Made by a program: the position numbers and the translations under genes | Assembly (NCBI GenBank): GCA_964016885.1 | Contig: OZ024743.1 | Span: forward strand, 47,120,001 to 47,184,000 | From: Eledone cirrhosa | Taxonomy: Eukaryota | Length of the DNA: 64,000 nt | Reading direction: 5' to 3' | Notes under the pieces: model-generated | Told to the model about the DNA's origin: nothing | Databases searched by the model: none | Seen by the model: only the letters and a program-made list of their open reading frames with translations | Shown here: positions 1-11,374 of the stretch, in pieces | Layout: the number at the start of each line of letters is the position of its first letter | How positions within the stretch are numbered: position 1 is the first letter of the stretch

Positions 1-52
1 GTATTTTCAATTTTCTACTTTTAAAGGAAGCTAAAATTATTTCTTCTTTCAG

Positions 53-138
53 TTTGCACGAAAAAGGCAGGTTGCAATTCTGAAAGCCCAAGGCAAGACT
101 ACTGAGGCAATCAACAAGCTAAATGATTATTTAAAAGA
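53..138 (+). CDS. EMC2: ER membrane protein complex subunit 2 (TPR protein), internal exon
   Basis: AG acceptor at 51-52 and GT donor at 139-140. Encodes [28 protein letters not shown], matching the EMC2 segment RKRKIAIRKAQGK..EAI..LN.YL. Ends in phase 2. Confidence 0.9.
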
Positions 139-339
139 GTATGTTTTAATTTTTTTATATGTAACAATAACCTAAAAAGTCATATCTATAACAAAACATA
201 TTGTTTAATGTTTACTGTTATTTTTGCCTGTTGTGTATATATTTGTATATGTGAGTCTTGGGATCAATTGGCAGTAACCACTGTTAGTAAGGTACTCAAT
301 ACATTAGTAGAGTGTAAACATCAAGTTTAATATAGAAAT

Positions 340-390
340 GGCTTCTACAGGACTAGAACTATTTCAATCAAAAGAAATCATCAGGCTTTC
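340..390 (-). ncRNA. Degenerate type I hammerhead in a fold-back element (332-420)
   Basis: Same family as 27739 and 38131: CUGAUGA..GAAA-UAG..CUG-UA-GAAGC. Stems I and II are eroded. Confidence 0.5.
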
Positions 391-410
391 CTGATAGTCA
401 TGTAGAAGCC

Positions 411-457
<47 letters not shown>

Positions 458-1386
458 GTGTGTGTTTATGTCTGTGTCTATGTCCTGTAACTAGCACTTC
501 AGTAAAAAGTGATTGATAAAATAAGTACTTGGGTTGGAAAAATGTACTTGGATTGATATAATCAAGATTAAGGTGTTGCTTTAGCATGGTTGCAGTCTAA
601 TGACTGAAACCCATAAATAAATAAAAGAATGAACAAAACCTAATTAATAGGTGCAGACCTGGCTGTGTGGTTAAGAAGCTTGATTTGCAAACATGCAGTT
701 TTGTGTTCAGTACTGCAAAAATTGATAAAATGAATACCTGTAATACACTAGAATTGATGCAGTTGTATAGAAGCCAGTTTTATCTTAATGGATGTGTTCA
801 TGTTGAAGAAAGATGACTGTGTTGTTAAGAATGTAGGTTTGTTAATCACTTGGTTCTGGGTTTGATCCAACTCCAAGACTCATTGGGCAAGTGTGTTCTA
901 TGATAATTTCAAGTGAAATTCAATAGATGGAAATTGTGTGAAATCCCATTCGAGGTTTATATATATATCTCATCACTGTTTTGTATTTATTCTCCATGCT
1001 TGCATAGGTTAAACAGTTGTCATTCTCTGAGGCGAGACAGGTCAGGTGATTGCATCTCACTTATATGTACTATTTAGGCAAGGTTTCTATGGCTGAATAC
1101 TCTTGCTAATGCCAACCACTTCACAGCATGTCCTGAGCTCATTTCATCATGGCACCAGCACTATCTATATATTATTTATATGTTTGTTTTGAGTTCAAAT
1201 CCCACCCAGATCAACATTACCTTTTTCTTCTTCCAAGGCTAATAAAACAGTACTAGACTAAGTACTGGAGTTGATGAACCATAGGCAAAGAAGAAGAAAA
1301 AAATCAAAAGTGTGCCAGTATAAAAAGTAGTTGCCGATCTCTGACTAAACTCTCTTTCTCTCTCTCACTATATATATATATATAAA

Positions 1387-1425
<39 letters not shown>

Positions 1426-1426
1426 T

Positions 1427-1481
<55 letters not shown>

Positions 1482-1767
1482 GTGTGTGTGTCAAGCAATG
1501 CATATGATGGAAACATTTTATTTAAAATTTCTCTTCACATGAAAGTAAGTTTCAATTAATCAACATCTAAGATTCTTTTTTATACTGGAGAAATCATAGT
1601 GTTGTATCTGAATTAAAGTTCATAGCCAAAGTGGTAGATCAACAGATACCTGTCGCACAGCAGTAATAATCAACAACTATATGTTCCCACCAGTTTAGGC
1701 TTCATTCAGGTTTTAATGGTTCATTCTAGAAGTTTAATATCTTTCAAATATTAGATTAAATTTTTTA

Positions 1768-1803
<36 letters not shown>

Positions 1804-2454
1804 TACTTGGGGAGGGTCATATTTGTGTAATATTGCCAGAATTAATAACAGAACACACTCACTGTTTGGTTGGTTTTCGCTTTTCGCTTCTGTGTCTTTT
1901 ATATCGGTAATCTAATTTATTCGGTCCTCAATGTTGCCATTGACAGACCAATGGTCAAAAATAATACAGATACAATATAGACACAAACACATATATATAG
2001 TTTATCAAAGTTCTTTCGTTGCACATCTGCAACATCGTCAGTGGTGCTATTGTTTCCTCCCGTTACATTGTATTTTGTATTTTCTACGCCATCTTTATTT
2101 AGTCTGTTTATATATAACAGTTATATATATAATGGCTGCTCTCTCATTTTGGGTGTAGATCTTCTCATTGAACTTGAATATGTGGCCCTTTAGGGTAGTT
2201 TTGATACTAGCCCCTATTGCATGTGCGACCATTTTTCTTACCTGATCATTGTTTTGGGGGGTCCGTATAGCTTTGGTCCACCCAATCCACCTTCCCATGG
2301 GAGTCTTTTTTGCCATTGAGGTTATGGTGGGGGACTACCTCTTATGGGTCTACTAGGGCAGAAACGTCTAAGGTCATGGCTGTCTAGGTAGTCAGTGTCA
2401 TAGGTAAGTCTAAGTAGGAGGCCCAGTATAGCTGGTGATGTTGCCAACCTTTTC

Positions 2455-3666
2455 ATGGTATGGTGGGAAAGGAGACTTAAAGATCTCCTTAATGAGAGCT
2501 CCATAGACCTCATCATGTACTCTCATTACGTAGACGATATCAATATAGTTATAAGAACATCCCCACTAGAGAGCACTAACAAGTTTGATTTAGAACGTAG
2601 CACAAGGGAAAGCATCCAGCAGATAGCTAATTCCATACACCAGAGTATAACTGTAACTATCGACTACCCTTCCAAACACCCTAACAATAGACTACCTGTA
2701 TTAGACACGGAACTCTGGATTAACACTATAGACGAGAGAGCCCAAATTCTCCACTCACACTATGCTAAACCCATGGCCTCCAAATACCTGATACTCAAAA
2801 ACTCAGCAATGTCCAGTAGTGCTAAGTTTAATATTCTGATCGCAGATTTGGTACGAGTGATGAAGAATGTGTCCCGCATGTGCGACCCAACAGAAATGGA
2901 AAGACACATCCAACACTTCATCAACCGCATGCAGTTCTCTGGCTACAACCAAAGAGACAGAGTCAGAGTATACGAAGGAGCCATGGAGAAGTATAAGACC
3001 CTCATAGAACTGGACATGAAAGGAATTTGCCCATTATACAGGAGCAAATCATGGAATAGCTTAGATAGGGCTAGACATAAGATAGGGAAAGCCACCTCAT
3101 GGTACGACAACCAGAGATACCAGAGTGTCATGTTTGTGGACGCTACCCCTGGAGGGAAATTAGCTAACCAGTGTAGTAAGGCCCTGAGAAAGACCCACTT
3201 AAAGATTAAGGTGGTAGAAAAGCCAGGAACCACCATAAAATCCCTGATCAGCAAAACCCACTGTACTAATAGGAAATGTATCATATGTAAGGTAAACCCC
3301 CAGATAAACTGTAAAACTAGAAACGTAGTCTATAGCATAAGATGTACAGAGGGTACTTGCAGAAACATGACAACAACATACATAGGCGAGACAGCTCGTA
3401 GCATAGGTGAAAGGATAGACCAACACTGGGGGGAACTAAAAGGACGAAAAAACGGGTCAGTACTATACGAACATGCCAGACAACAACACAACGGTAACAT
3501 AGACAACATAGAAATTAGAATAATATCTAAACATAGAAATGACCCAGCAGATAGGCAAATCAGAGAGGCCAGTGAAATAGAATTTAGAAGGCCAAGACTA
3601 AACAGAAAGAATGAATGGAATAACAACAACACCCAAACAAACAACACTGACCTAAGAGAAGTATAA
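2455..3666 (+). CDS. PLE reverse transcriptase (C-terminal part) plus GIY-YIG endonuclease
   Basis: HYVDD RT motif, LPVLD motif, Cys-rich linker (CTNRKCIICK..C), VVY...YIGETAR GIY-YIG core and terminal E...I....P.LN. Confidence 0.9.
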   Translation: MVWWERRLKDLLNESSIDLIMYSHYVDDINIVIRTSPLESTNKFDLERSTRESIQQIANSIHQSITVTIDYPSKHPNNRLPVLDTELWINTIDERAQILHSHYAKPMASKYLILKNSAMSSSAKFNILIADLVRVMKNVSRMCDPTEMERHIQHFINRMQFSGYNQRDRVRVYEGAMEKYKTLIELDMKGICPLYRSKSWNSLDRARHKIGKATSWYDNQRYQSVMFVDATPGGKLANQCSKALRKTHLKIKVVEKPGTTIKSLISKTHCTNRKCIICKVNPQINCKTRNVVYSIRCTEGTCRNMTTTYIGETARSIGERIDQHWGELKGRKNGSVLYEHARQQHNGNIDNIEIRIISKHRNDPADRQIREASEIEFRRPRLNRKNEWNNNNTQTNNTDLREV

Positions 3667-3937
3667 ATAAATAAATAAATAAATAAATAGATAAATAAAT
3701 AAATAAATACATACACAAGCACAATAACAACAAACACATATAAACACACACTAGTAAAGATAGAATACATTAACCGATACACAGTCACCCAATCACGAAC
3801 ACACATCAAACAAAACACTATACACACATGCAAACGCATGCGCAAAGAAGACAAAATAAAATAAATAAACAAACAAATAAATAAATAAATAAATAAAAAT
3901 GGCGTAGACATACAATGTAACGGGAGGAAACAATAGC

Positions 3938-3979
3938 ACCACTGACGATGTTGCAGATGTGCAACGAAAGAACTTTGAT
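3938..3979 (+). ncRNA. Minimal type I hammerhead-like motif in the pLTR (antisense copy at about 2004-2045)
   Basis: CUGACGA, stem II GUUGCA-GAUG-UGCAAC, then GAAAG-AA-CUU. Stem I is imperfect (acca/ugau). A related motif with the same pLTR tail occurs at about 39141-39186. Confidence 0.55.
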
Positions 3980-4575
3980 AAACTATATATATGTGTTTGT
4001 GTCTATATTGTATCTATATTATTTTTGACCGTTGGTCAGTCAATGGCAACATTGAGGACCGAATAAATTAGATTACCGATATAAAAGACACAGAAGCGAA
4101 AAGCGAAAACCAACCAAACAGTGAGTGTGTTCTGTTATTAATTCTGGCAATATTACACAAATATGACCCTCCCCAAGTATAACAATATTTGTTTCGACAC
4201 ACGATTTCATATAAAAACCCTCGCAAAACTATATATATATATATAGTGAAAAATGGAACGGGAACAAAACAGAGAGGCGGTACGAACAAAGGTTTATTAG
4301 TTTCACGCTCTTGAGAGTGGGGGGGGGGGGTATATATATATATATATATGACCAACTAAATACACACGTGTGTTTTTTTTTTCTCGTTTTTCTGTTCGTT
4401 CCTCTTATCACTCTTTACTTTCTATTTATCTTCTATTTCTAATTCTATCTTTTGATAAAGGACTAGTGTCCAAAACTTTAAAACTTTCTTGCTGTTATTT
4501 CAAGTGTTAAACTAATATATTTCTTCCATGTACTGTGTCGTTTGTTTTGTTATTTTTGTTTTTACTTTTACATAC

Positions 4576-4618
<43 letters not shown>

Positions 4619-4634
4619 CATACATACATATAAT

Positions 4635-5001
4635 GGAAGCACATGGCTTAGTGGTTAGAGCATTGGCCTTGCAATCGAAAGGTTGTGAGTTCAATTCTCA
4701 GACCGTGTTGTTTCCTTGAGCAAGACACTTTATTTCACATTGCTCCAGTTTACTCAGCTGTAGAAATGAGATGATAGGGACTGGGGTCCCTATCATTCCA
4801 CTGTAAAGTGGTCGTGTAGGTGCCATGGCAAAACAGCACCCAGCCCACACTGTAAAGTGGACGTGTAGGCGCCACGGGAAAAAAGCACCCAGCACTCACT
4901 GTAAATGAGGTTGGTGTTAGGAAGGGCATCCAGCTGTAGAAATCAAGCCAGAATCAGTTCCCAAGCAGGGAAAAGCGGACGTAAAATGATGATGATGATG
5001 A
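4635..5001 (+). mobile_element. tRNA-derived SINE with CORE-like centre and RTE-type 3' tail
   Basis: A box TGGCTTAGTGG, B box GAGTTCAATTC and ccttgagcaagacacttt central motif. Ends agggcatccagctgtagaaa...(GAT)n like the local RTE LINEs. Other copies at about 5250-5490(-), 28648-28900(+), 55238-55456(-) and 58537-58790(-). Confidence 0.75.
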
Positions 5002-5551
5002 TATATATGTATATATATACATACATACATATATATATATATATTAATAAAAGGAAAAGAAAATGCTGACAAATTTTTCCCAGTGAAAAATAGTTTAATT
5101 AGGAATAAGTATAAATTAGTAATAAGTTTTTACCAGTTGCTCATTTCTAATGCTTTTCAAAAATAATTTTGAGATAGAGCGCTCGTGATGTTTGATATAT
5201 ATATATATATACATACACATATATATACACACTTTATATATATATATCATCATCATCATACGTCTGCTTTTCCCTGCTTGCAAGGGTAGGACGGGAACTG
5301 ATTCTCCACGTCCACTTTACAGTGTGGGCTGGGTGCTTTTTTGCCGTGGTCCCTCCACGACCATTTTGCAGTGGAATGATAGGGACCCCAGTCCTATCAT
5401 CTCATTTCTACAGCTGAGTAAACTGGAGCAATGTGAAATAAAGTGTCTTGCTCATGGAAGCAACACATCACCCGGTCCGAGAATTGAACTATATAGATAT
5501 ATATAAAATAAAGTAAGGACGAGTCGTTACTTTCATTATGTTTATTGGTTG

Positions 5552-5736
5552 GTAGATTGGCAGTATCGGTAGTGGGTCGGACGCCATGCTTTGACTCATA
5601 GAGTTACGGCCTTGCCATTCTGAGTTCAAATCCCGCCGAGGTTAACTTTGCCTTTCATCCTTACGGGGTCGATAAAATAAAGTACCAGTAATGTACTGGG
5701 TAATTGCTGGCCTTGTGCCAATAGTAGAAACAATTA
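5552..5736 (+). mobile_element. tRNA-derived SINE, second family
   Basis: gattggcagtatcggtag..gagttcaaatcccgccgaggttaactttgcctttcatccttacggggtcgataaaataaagtaccag..gaaacaattat. Recurs more than 10 times in the window. Confidence 0.8.
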
Positions 5737-5747
5737 TGTTTATTGGT

Positions 5748-5835
5748 TGGTGACGCGCGTTTCGCCACTGATCAGCTCAAGGTTCGATCTGTATCAATCT
5801 AGCCCGACTCTGTAATCTACGGCTCGTCAGACCTC
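5748..5835 (-). ncRNA. Type I hammerhead with long stem II insertion
   Basis: Minus strand reads ggu CUGACGA GCC..(about 55 nt)..GGC GAAAC GCGC GUC acc. Stem III is palindromic (acgcgcgu). Confidence 0.7.
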
Positions 5836-5969
5836 TTCTACACCTTACACTCCCTGTATATATATATATATATATTAAGTGTTTTCGTAGGAAAGGTAAA
5901 GGAAAGGAGAGTGCTCTATGTAAGCTACAGAGATATATATAGTTATGTAATAAACAACATAAGACAATT

Positions 5970-6044
5970 ATTCCATTTACCAAAGGTTTCACGAAGACAG
6001 ACGAGCTCGACAGAGACGTCTGAAATCGTTCGTCAGAATGAAAT
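5970..6044 (-). ncRNA. Type I hammerhead, left arm of the 5935-6166 palindrome
   Basis: auuucauu CUGACGA acga..cagacg..cgucug..ucgu GAAAC CUUUG GUA aauggaau. Stems I, II and III all pair. Confidence 0.8.
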
Positions 6045-6221
6045 TTTTCACTCAAAAATTTCATTCTGACAAAAGATTTCAGACGTCCGTGTCGAGCTCG
6101 TCCGTCTTCGTGAAACCTTTGGTAAATGGAATAATTGTCTTATGTTGTTTATTACATAACTATATATATATATATGTAAACTAGCAGAGACTGGAAATAT
6201 TTAAAAAAAATTTATTTACAG

Positions 6222-6363
6222 GTTTATGACAGATTTTGAAGCTTGGATGGAGCAGTGTGACTTATATATAGCTGAGAATGATTATGCTAAAGCTTCTTTC
6301 TGCATGGAGGAGTTGATACTATCAAATCCTCATAATCATCTCTATCATCTGAAATATGCAGAG
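6222..6363 (+). CDS. EMC2: EMC2 exon
   Basis: tttacag acceptor and gtaagc donor. Encodes (E)FMTDFEAWMEQCDLYIAENDYAKASFCMEELILSNPHNHLYHLKYAE. Phase fits the previous exon. Confidence 0.95.
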
Positions 6364-6454
6364 GTAAGCAGAGATTGGGGTTTTTTTGTGTGCTTATTGT
6401 TTTTTTCCTGTTAGTAATTATTTTGTAATATTAGTTTCTGTTTCATATATATAA

Positions 6455-7260
6455 TATCATCATCATCACCGTTTTACGTCCGTTCTTCCACGCTAGCATG
6501 GGTTTGACAGGTTGTCCTGTTGTGGGCAGTGTCCAGTCGGCTGACCTTGTCTTGCTCATTTGGGAACTGATTCTGGCTTGATTTCTACAGCTGGATGCCC
6601 TTCCTAACACCAACCTCATTTACAGTGAGTGCTGGGTGCTTTTTTTCCATGGCACCTCCACGACCACTTTGCAGTAGGAGGGGGTCGGGGGCATATTGTC
6701 CATATGCTTCAGCTTTGGCTTAAACCCGTGGGAAGTCGGGTCTTCTGTATTACTGCATAATGCCAGAAGTCTCGGTCCTGTGTCATCACCTTTGAGAGGT
6801 GTAATTGGGTAAGGTCGGCTTTTATCACCTCATCCCAGGTCTTCTTGGGTCTCCCCACTCCACGGCTTCCATCGACTTCTAGTGCTCTGCACCTTTTTAT
6901 GTAGCTGTCATCCTTCATACGCATCACATGTCCATACCAACGCAACCGCCTCACCTGCACACACCATTTGTTTCCTCTTATGCTCAGTCTCTCTCTCAAT
7001 TCATTTATGCTTTTCCGTTCGCGTATATTACTATTTCACATCCATCAGAGCATGCAGGCTTCGTTTCTTTCTAATCTACATAAGTCTTCCACCTTCAGCG
7101 CCCAGGTCTCACTACCATGTAACATTGCTGTTCGGATACACGCATCATACTGTCTGCCTTTCATTTTGAGAGAAAACCCTTTTGCAGCTAGCAGTGGCAG
7201 TAGCTCCCTGAACTTCTTCCATCCTGCTCTTACCCTAGTTATTGTACTTTCCGATCACCC
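6455..7260 (-). mobile_element. RTE-clade LINE 3' fragment
   Basis: RRLRWYGHVMRM..RGVGRPKKTW C-terminal motif, 3' UTR and (GAT)n tail. Confidence 0.85.
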
Positions 7261-8490
7261 ACAATATATATATTATTTTACGATACACACAAATATCAAA
7301 GTGGCTGGTGTGAGGGAGGGCATCCAGTCATAGATACCATGTCAAAGAAAGGGTAGAGAGGACTCTTCAATTGCATCAAGGACAAGATATCCTCTCTATT
7401 GCTGATTCCACAGTAAAACTCTGGTTGGCATTAAAAAGGGCATCCAGTTATTGAAACCCTGCCAAAACTCAAATGTATCTGAGTGAGACATGGTATCCCA
7501 ACATGTCTAGGTGGACAGTAGCTCCAATTAATTACTTAGTCTGTTACAATCTGTCTAACCCATGCCAGTATGGAAAAACAGTTGTGTAATGATGGTGATT
7601 CCACCTTCCTTACACTAACCATTACACTATTTACCCTACCCCCACCTGTCTACAACACCCTACGTGCTGAAACCATGTGACAGGATGTGACATTTAACCA
7701 CTCTACCATCACTCCTTACTATCTTGTCACCTCTGTGTGTGAACCTAGCTCCTCATACATTTCCCTTACCATACTGATTCACCCCATCTCTCTCCTTATA
7801 CATCCTAACACCTCTGCACTAGAACATTGCTGCAACTGAAGAATACAGTCAGTATTCTCCATGTAACTGTTGACATTCAATGGGTAACAATATACAGCAG
7901 CGAAGGCTCTTCATGCAAGTCAATGATATGACAAACTCCTTAATAGTGGTACCACAATGTGAGCAGTACACTTTGCAAAGTGGTTAGTGTTAGGAAGGGC
8001 ATCCAGCCACAAAACCTAGCCAAAAAAAGTTAAGAGGATTCTTCAGTTGTATCAAGTACACAACAACCTCCCTGGTGCCACAATAAAATGAGCTCAGTGC
8101 ATTCTGGTTGGTGATAGGAAGGGCATCTAGCTGTAGAAACCATGCCAAAATCAGAATGGGACATGGATCCTCAGTCTGTCTTAGAGGACAGTAGCTCTGA
8201 TTAAGTACTGTCTTAGCCTGTGATGACCCATGCTAACATGGAAAAATAGATTTTAAATGATGATGCTGATAATATATGTGTTGTGGTATGGTATCTTGTG
8301 TAGCATTAGTAATATAAATATGGCAACATTTTCACAAAAGGACAAAAAAAAAATAAATAAACATAGAGGACAATGGACATGAAGTAAAACAGACACAAAA
8401 ATAGGGGTTCTCTTTCTTAGCCTGGAGGTTGTTGATGTTTGATACCCTTTGCTGGTGTATATTGATGAAAATAGAAACATTACTGAGAAA

Positions 8491-11216
8491 TCATCATCAT
8501 CATCATCATCATCAACGTTTAACGTCCGTGTTCCACGCTTGCATGGGTTTGGACGGGGGTAGTCCCACTTGAGGCAAGAGTGATTGTCTTGCTCGCATAG
8601 GACTGTCTGGCAGGTTTTCTACAGTTGGATGCCCTTCCTAACACCAACCACATTTACAGTGTGGGTCTGGGAGGTTTTTACCGTGTTGCCTACACGGCCA
8701 CATTACAGCGTGGACTGTGTGTTTTTTTGTCGTGACACCTACACGATCTCATTTGTTTCGGCCTGGATGGCGCGGCACCAACATAACTTTACATAGAACG
8801 GGGGTGGTGTGGATGGGGTGGGGGTGGTGGCGGGACGGGGTGTATTTTGTTAGAGATGCCTACTGGCAAGGCGGGTCTTCTCTGTTACTGAGTACCGCCA
8901 AAGGTCTCGGTCCAGTGACATTGTCTTGGAGAGGTGTAAGTGTGTGAGGTCGGAGTTTATCAGCTCATCCCATGTTTTTCTAGGTCTGCCTATTCCGTGG
9001 CTACCGTCTATCTTTATTGCCCTGCACTTTGTTATACAGCTATCGACTTTCATGCGCATCACGTGTCCATACCAACGCAGCCTTCTCTCGAGTAAACAAC
9101 ATCTGATCCCTCTTACCTCTAATTTTTTCCTTAGTTCGTTTATGCTTTGCCGTTCACGTATATTACTGTTACACATCCAGCGGAGCATGCAAGCTTCGTT
9201 CCTCTCTAGTCTGCGTATATCCTCTGCACACAATGCCCAGGTCTCACTACCATGCAACATTGCTGTTCGTATGCAGGCATCGTACAACCTGCCTTTCATT
9301 TTTAGGGAGAACCCTTTAGCAGCTAATAGTGGTATAAGCTCTCTGAACTTTTTCCAACCAGTTCTGACTCTAGCTACAGTACTTTCAGAGCACCCTCCCC
9401 CACTGCTGATTTTATCGCCCAGGTAACGGAAGCTGTCCACTATTTCTATAGAACCCTCTGCGCAATTGAAAGAGCTAGTATTTTGTGGGCACTTGCTGCT
9501 ACTTATTGCACCAGAACACCGGCCACATGTAAAATCTATGTTCTTAGTTAGCTTACCTGTGATCCCACTACATCTTTTATGCACCCATACTTTGCATTTA
9601 GGACATAAAATGGAGTTTCTACCTACGCCTTTCCTACACACCGAGCACGACCATTTCCCAGAAGGGACCGCCGCCTTGTTTTCTTTCCTACAAACTAGAA
9701 CTTTGGTCTTAGCCAGGTTAATTTTAAGTCCTTTTGACTCTAGGCCGTGCTTCCATGTTTGGAATTTCTTCTCTAGCTCGGCCATTGATTCCGCTATGAG
9801 TGTCAGGTCGTCTGCGTATAGGAGTTCCCATGGGCAGCCTGTCTTGAACTCCTCTGTTATAGCCTGAAGGGCAATAATAAATAGTAGGGGGCTGAGAACA
9901 GAGCCCTGATGGACGCCAACTTTTACGCTAAACTCTTCACTATATTCGTTGTTAATTCTAACCTTGCTGACTGTTTCTTTATACATGGCTTGTATAGCCC
10001 TCACAAGCCATTCGTCAACACCTAGTTTTCTAAGAGCCCACCAGATAATGGAGCGGGGGACTCTGTCGAAGGCTTTCTCCAGGTCGACAAAAGCTAAGTA
10101 GAGGGGTCTACCTTTAGCTAGGTACTTCTCCTGTAGTTGTCGTACTATGAAAAGGGCGTCTGTGGTGCTTTTGCCTGACACAAACCCGAACTGCATTTCA
10201 TCTAGGTCAATTCTCTCTCTGATTAGTTGCGCTATTACTTTTTCCGTGACCTTCATGACCTGGTCGATTAATTTAATGCCTCTATAGTTACTCCTATCTA
10301 GGGCGTCTCCTTTACCCTTATAACAGTTAACGATGATGCTGCTATGCCAGTCCTTCGGAACAACCCCATTCTGTACAACTTGGTTAACTATGCGGGTGAC
10401 CATGGTGTGTCCCACCGTGCCAGATGCCTTCAGCATCTCAGCAACTATTTCCGAAGGCCCAGCCGCCTTACCCGTCTTCATATCCTTGATTGCCTTACTT
10501 ATTATACTCCCCTCGACTAACACTGCTGGTCCCTCTATCGGGTCGATATGGGGGAGACTGTCTTTCTCCCATTTATTCTCCTCATTTAGTAGCCTTTCAT
10601 AGTGACACTTCCAAGCTACCTTCTTATCAGTGTCGGTGATGGCAAGTATGCCATCATCGTTAAGTACACACTTCTCCCCGACAATATCACGGTTTTCCTT
10701 GACGCATTGCCTGGCAATCCTGAACACCTCACGTTTTTGGTCATCGCGTTGTAGAACATGCTTGAACTTTCTTTCCTCAGCTTCCCTTCTTGCTAAGTAC
10801 ACTTCTCTCCTAGCTTCCCTCCTGGCCACTTGATAGTCTACTCTACTTCCCCCATCCCGCCATACTTTCCAAGCCTGCTTTTTGGCCTTAATTGACCCCT
10901 CCACCCTACTGTTCCACCACCAAGTTACTCTCCTCCTGCCTACAGGCCTGCTCCAGCCACAGACTTCGTCTGTCGCCAACAGCAGGTTTGCTTTCAGAAA
11001 TTCCCACTGTCCCTCTATATTGTCCGATTCTAGATGCTCTTCCTTACTGTCGAAAGCATCAAGTAATATGCTTTGAAATTTATTTCTGGCTGTGGGGTCC
11101 TTTAGTTTCCATATTTTCCTCCTGAGGATAGTCCTCTTCTGCTGTCGAGTACGTCTCGTCCTGACTATGAGGTCGCTAATTATCAGTCTATGTTGGGAGG
11201 TACATTTCATTACCAT
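8491..11216 (-). mobile_element. RTE-clade LINE, 5'-truncated, with uninterrupted 788-codon ORF (8850-11216)
   Basis: RT motifs KGKGD..NYRGI, QFGF, FVDLEKAFD, GVHQGSVLSP and YADD; RLRWYGHV..RPRKTW C-terminus; (GAT)n tail. Confidence 0.95.
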
Positions 11217-11374
11217 ATTTCTAAGGAATTACACTTATTAAATTAACTAACTGAGGTACCTGGTAATACTCGGGAGCGGGGTTCCCATTAAAATGCCCAA
11301 TGCCTCTCAGACCAAAAATGAAATCAAAATATAGGACAGATAACGAAAAGCGAAGACAAATTCATTCATAAAAC

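Larger units (their letters stand above)
1800..4183 (+). mobile_element. Penelope-like retroelement, 5'-truncated with 5' inversion and inverted pLTRs
   Basis: About 270-bp inverted repeats (1800-2072 versus 3911-4183) flank an RT plus GIY-YIG ORF. Preceded by (TA)n. Lies in an EMC2 intron. Confidence 0.9.

Noticed and set aside
4635-4705. tRNA gene
   Set aside because: The A/B boxes belong to a SINE head, with no complete cloverleaf.
8926-10833. Plus-strand ORFs overlapping the RTE
   Set aside because: Antisense shadows of the RT coding frame.
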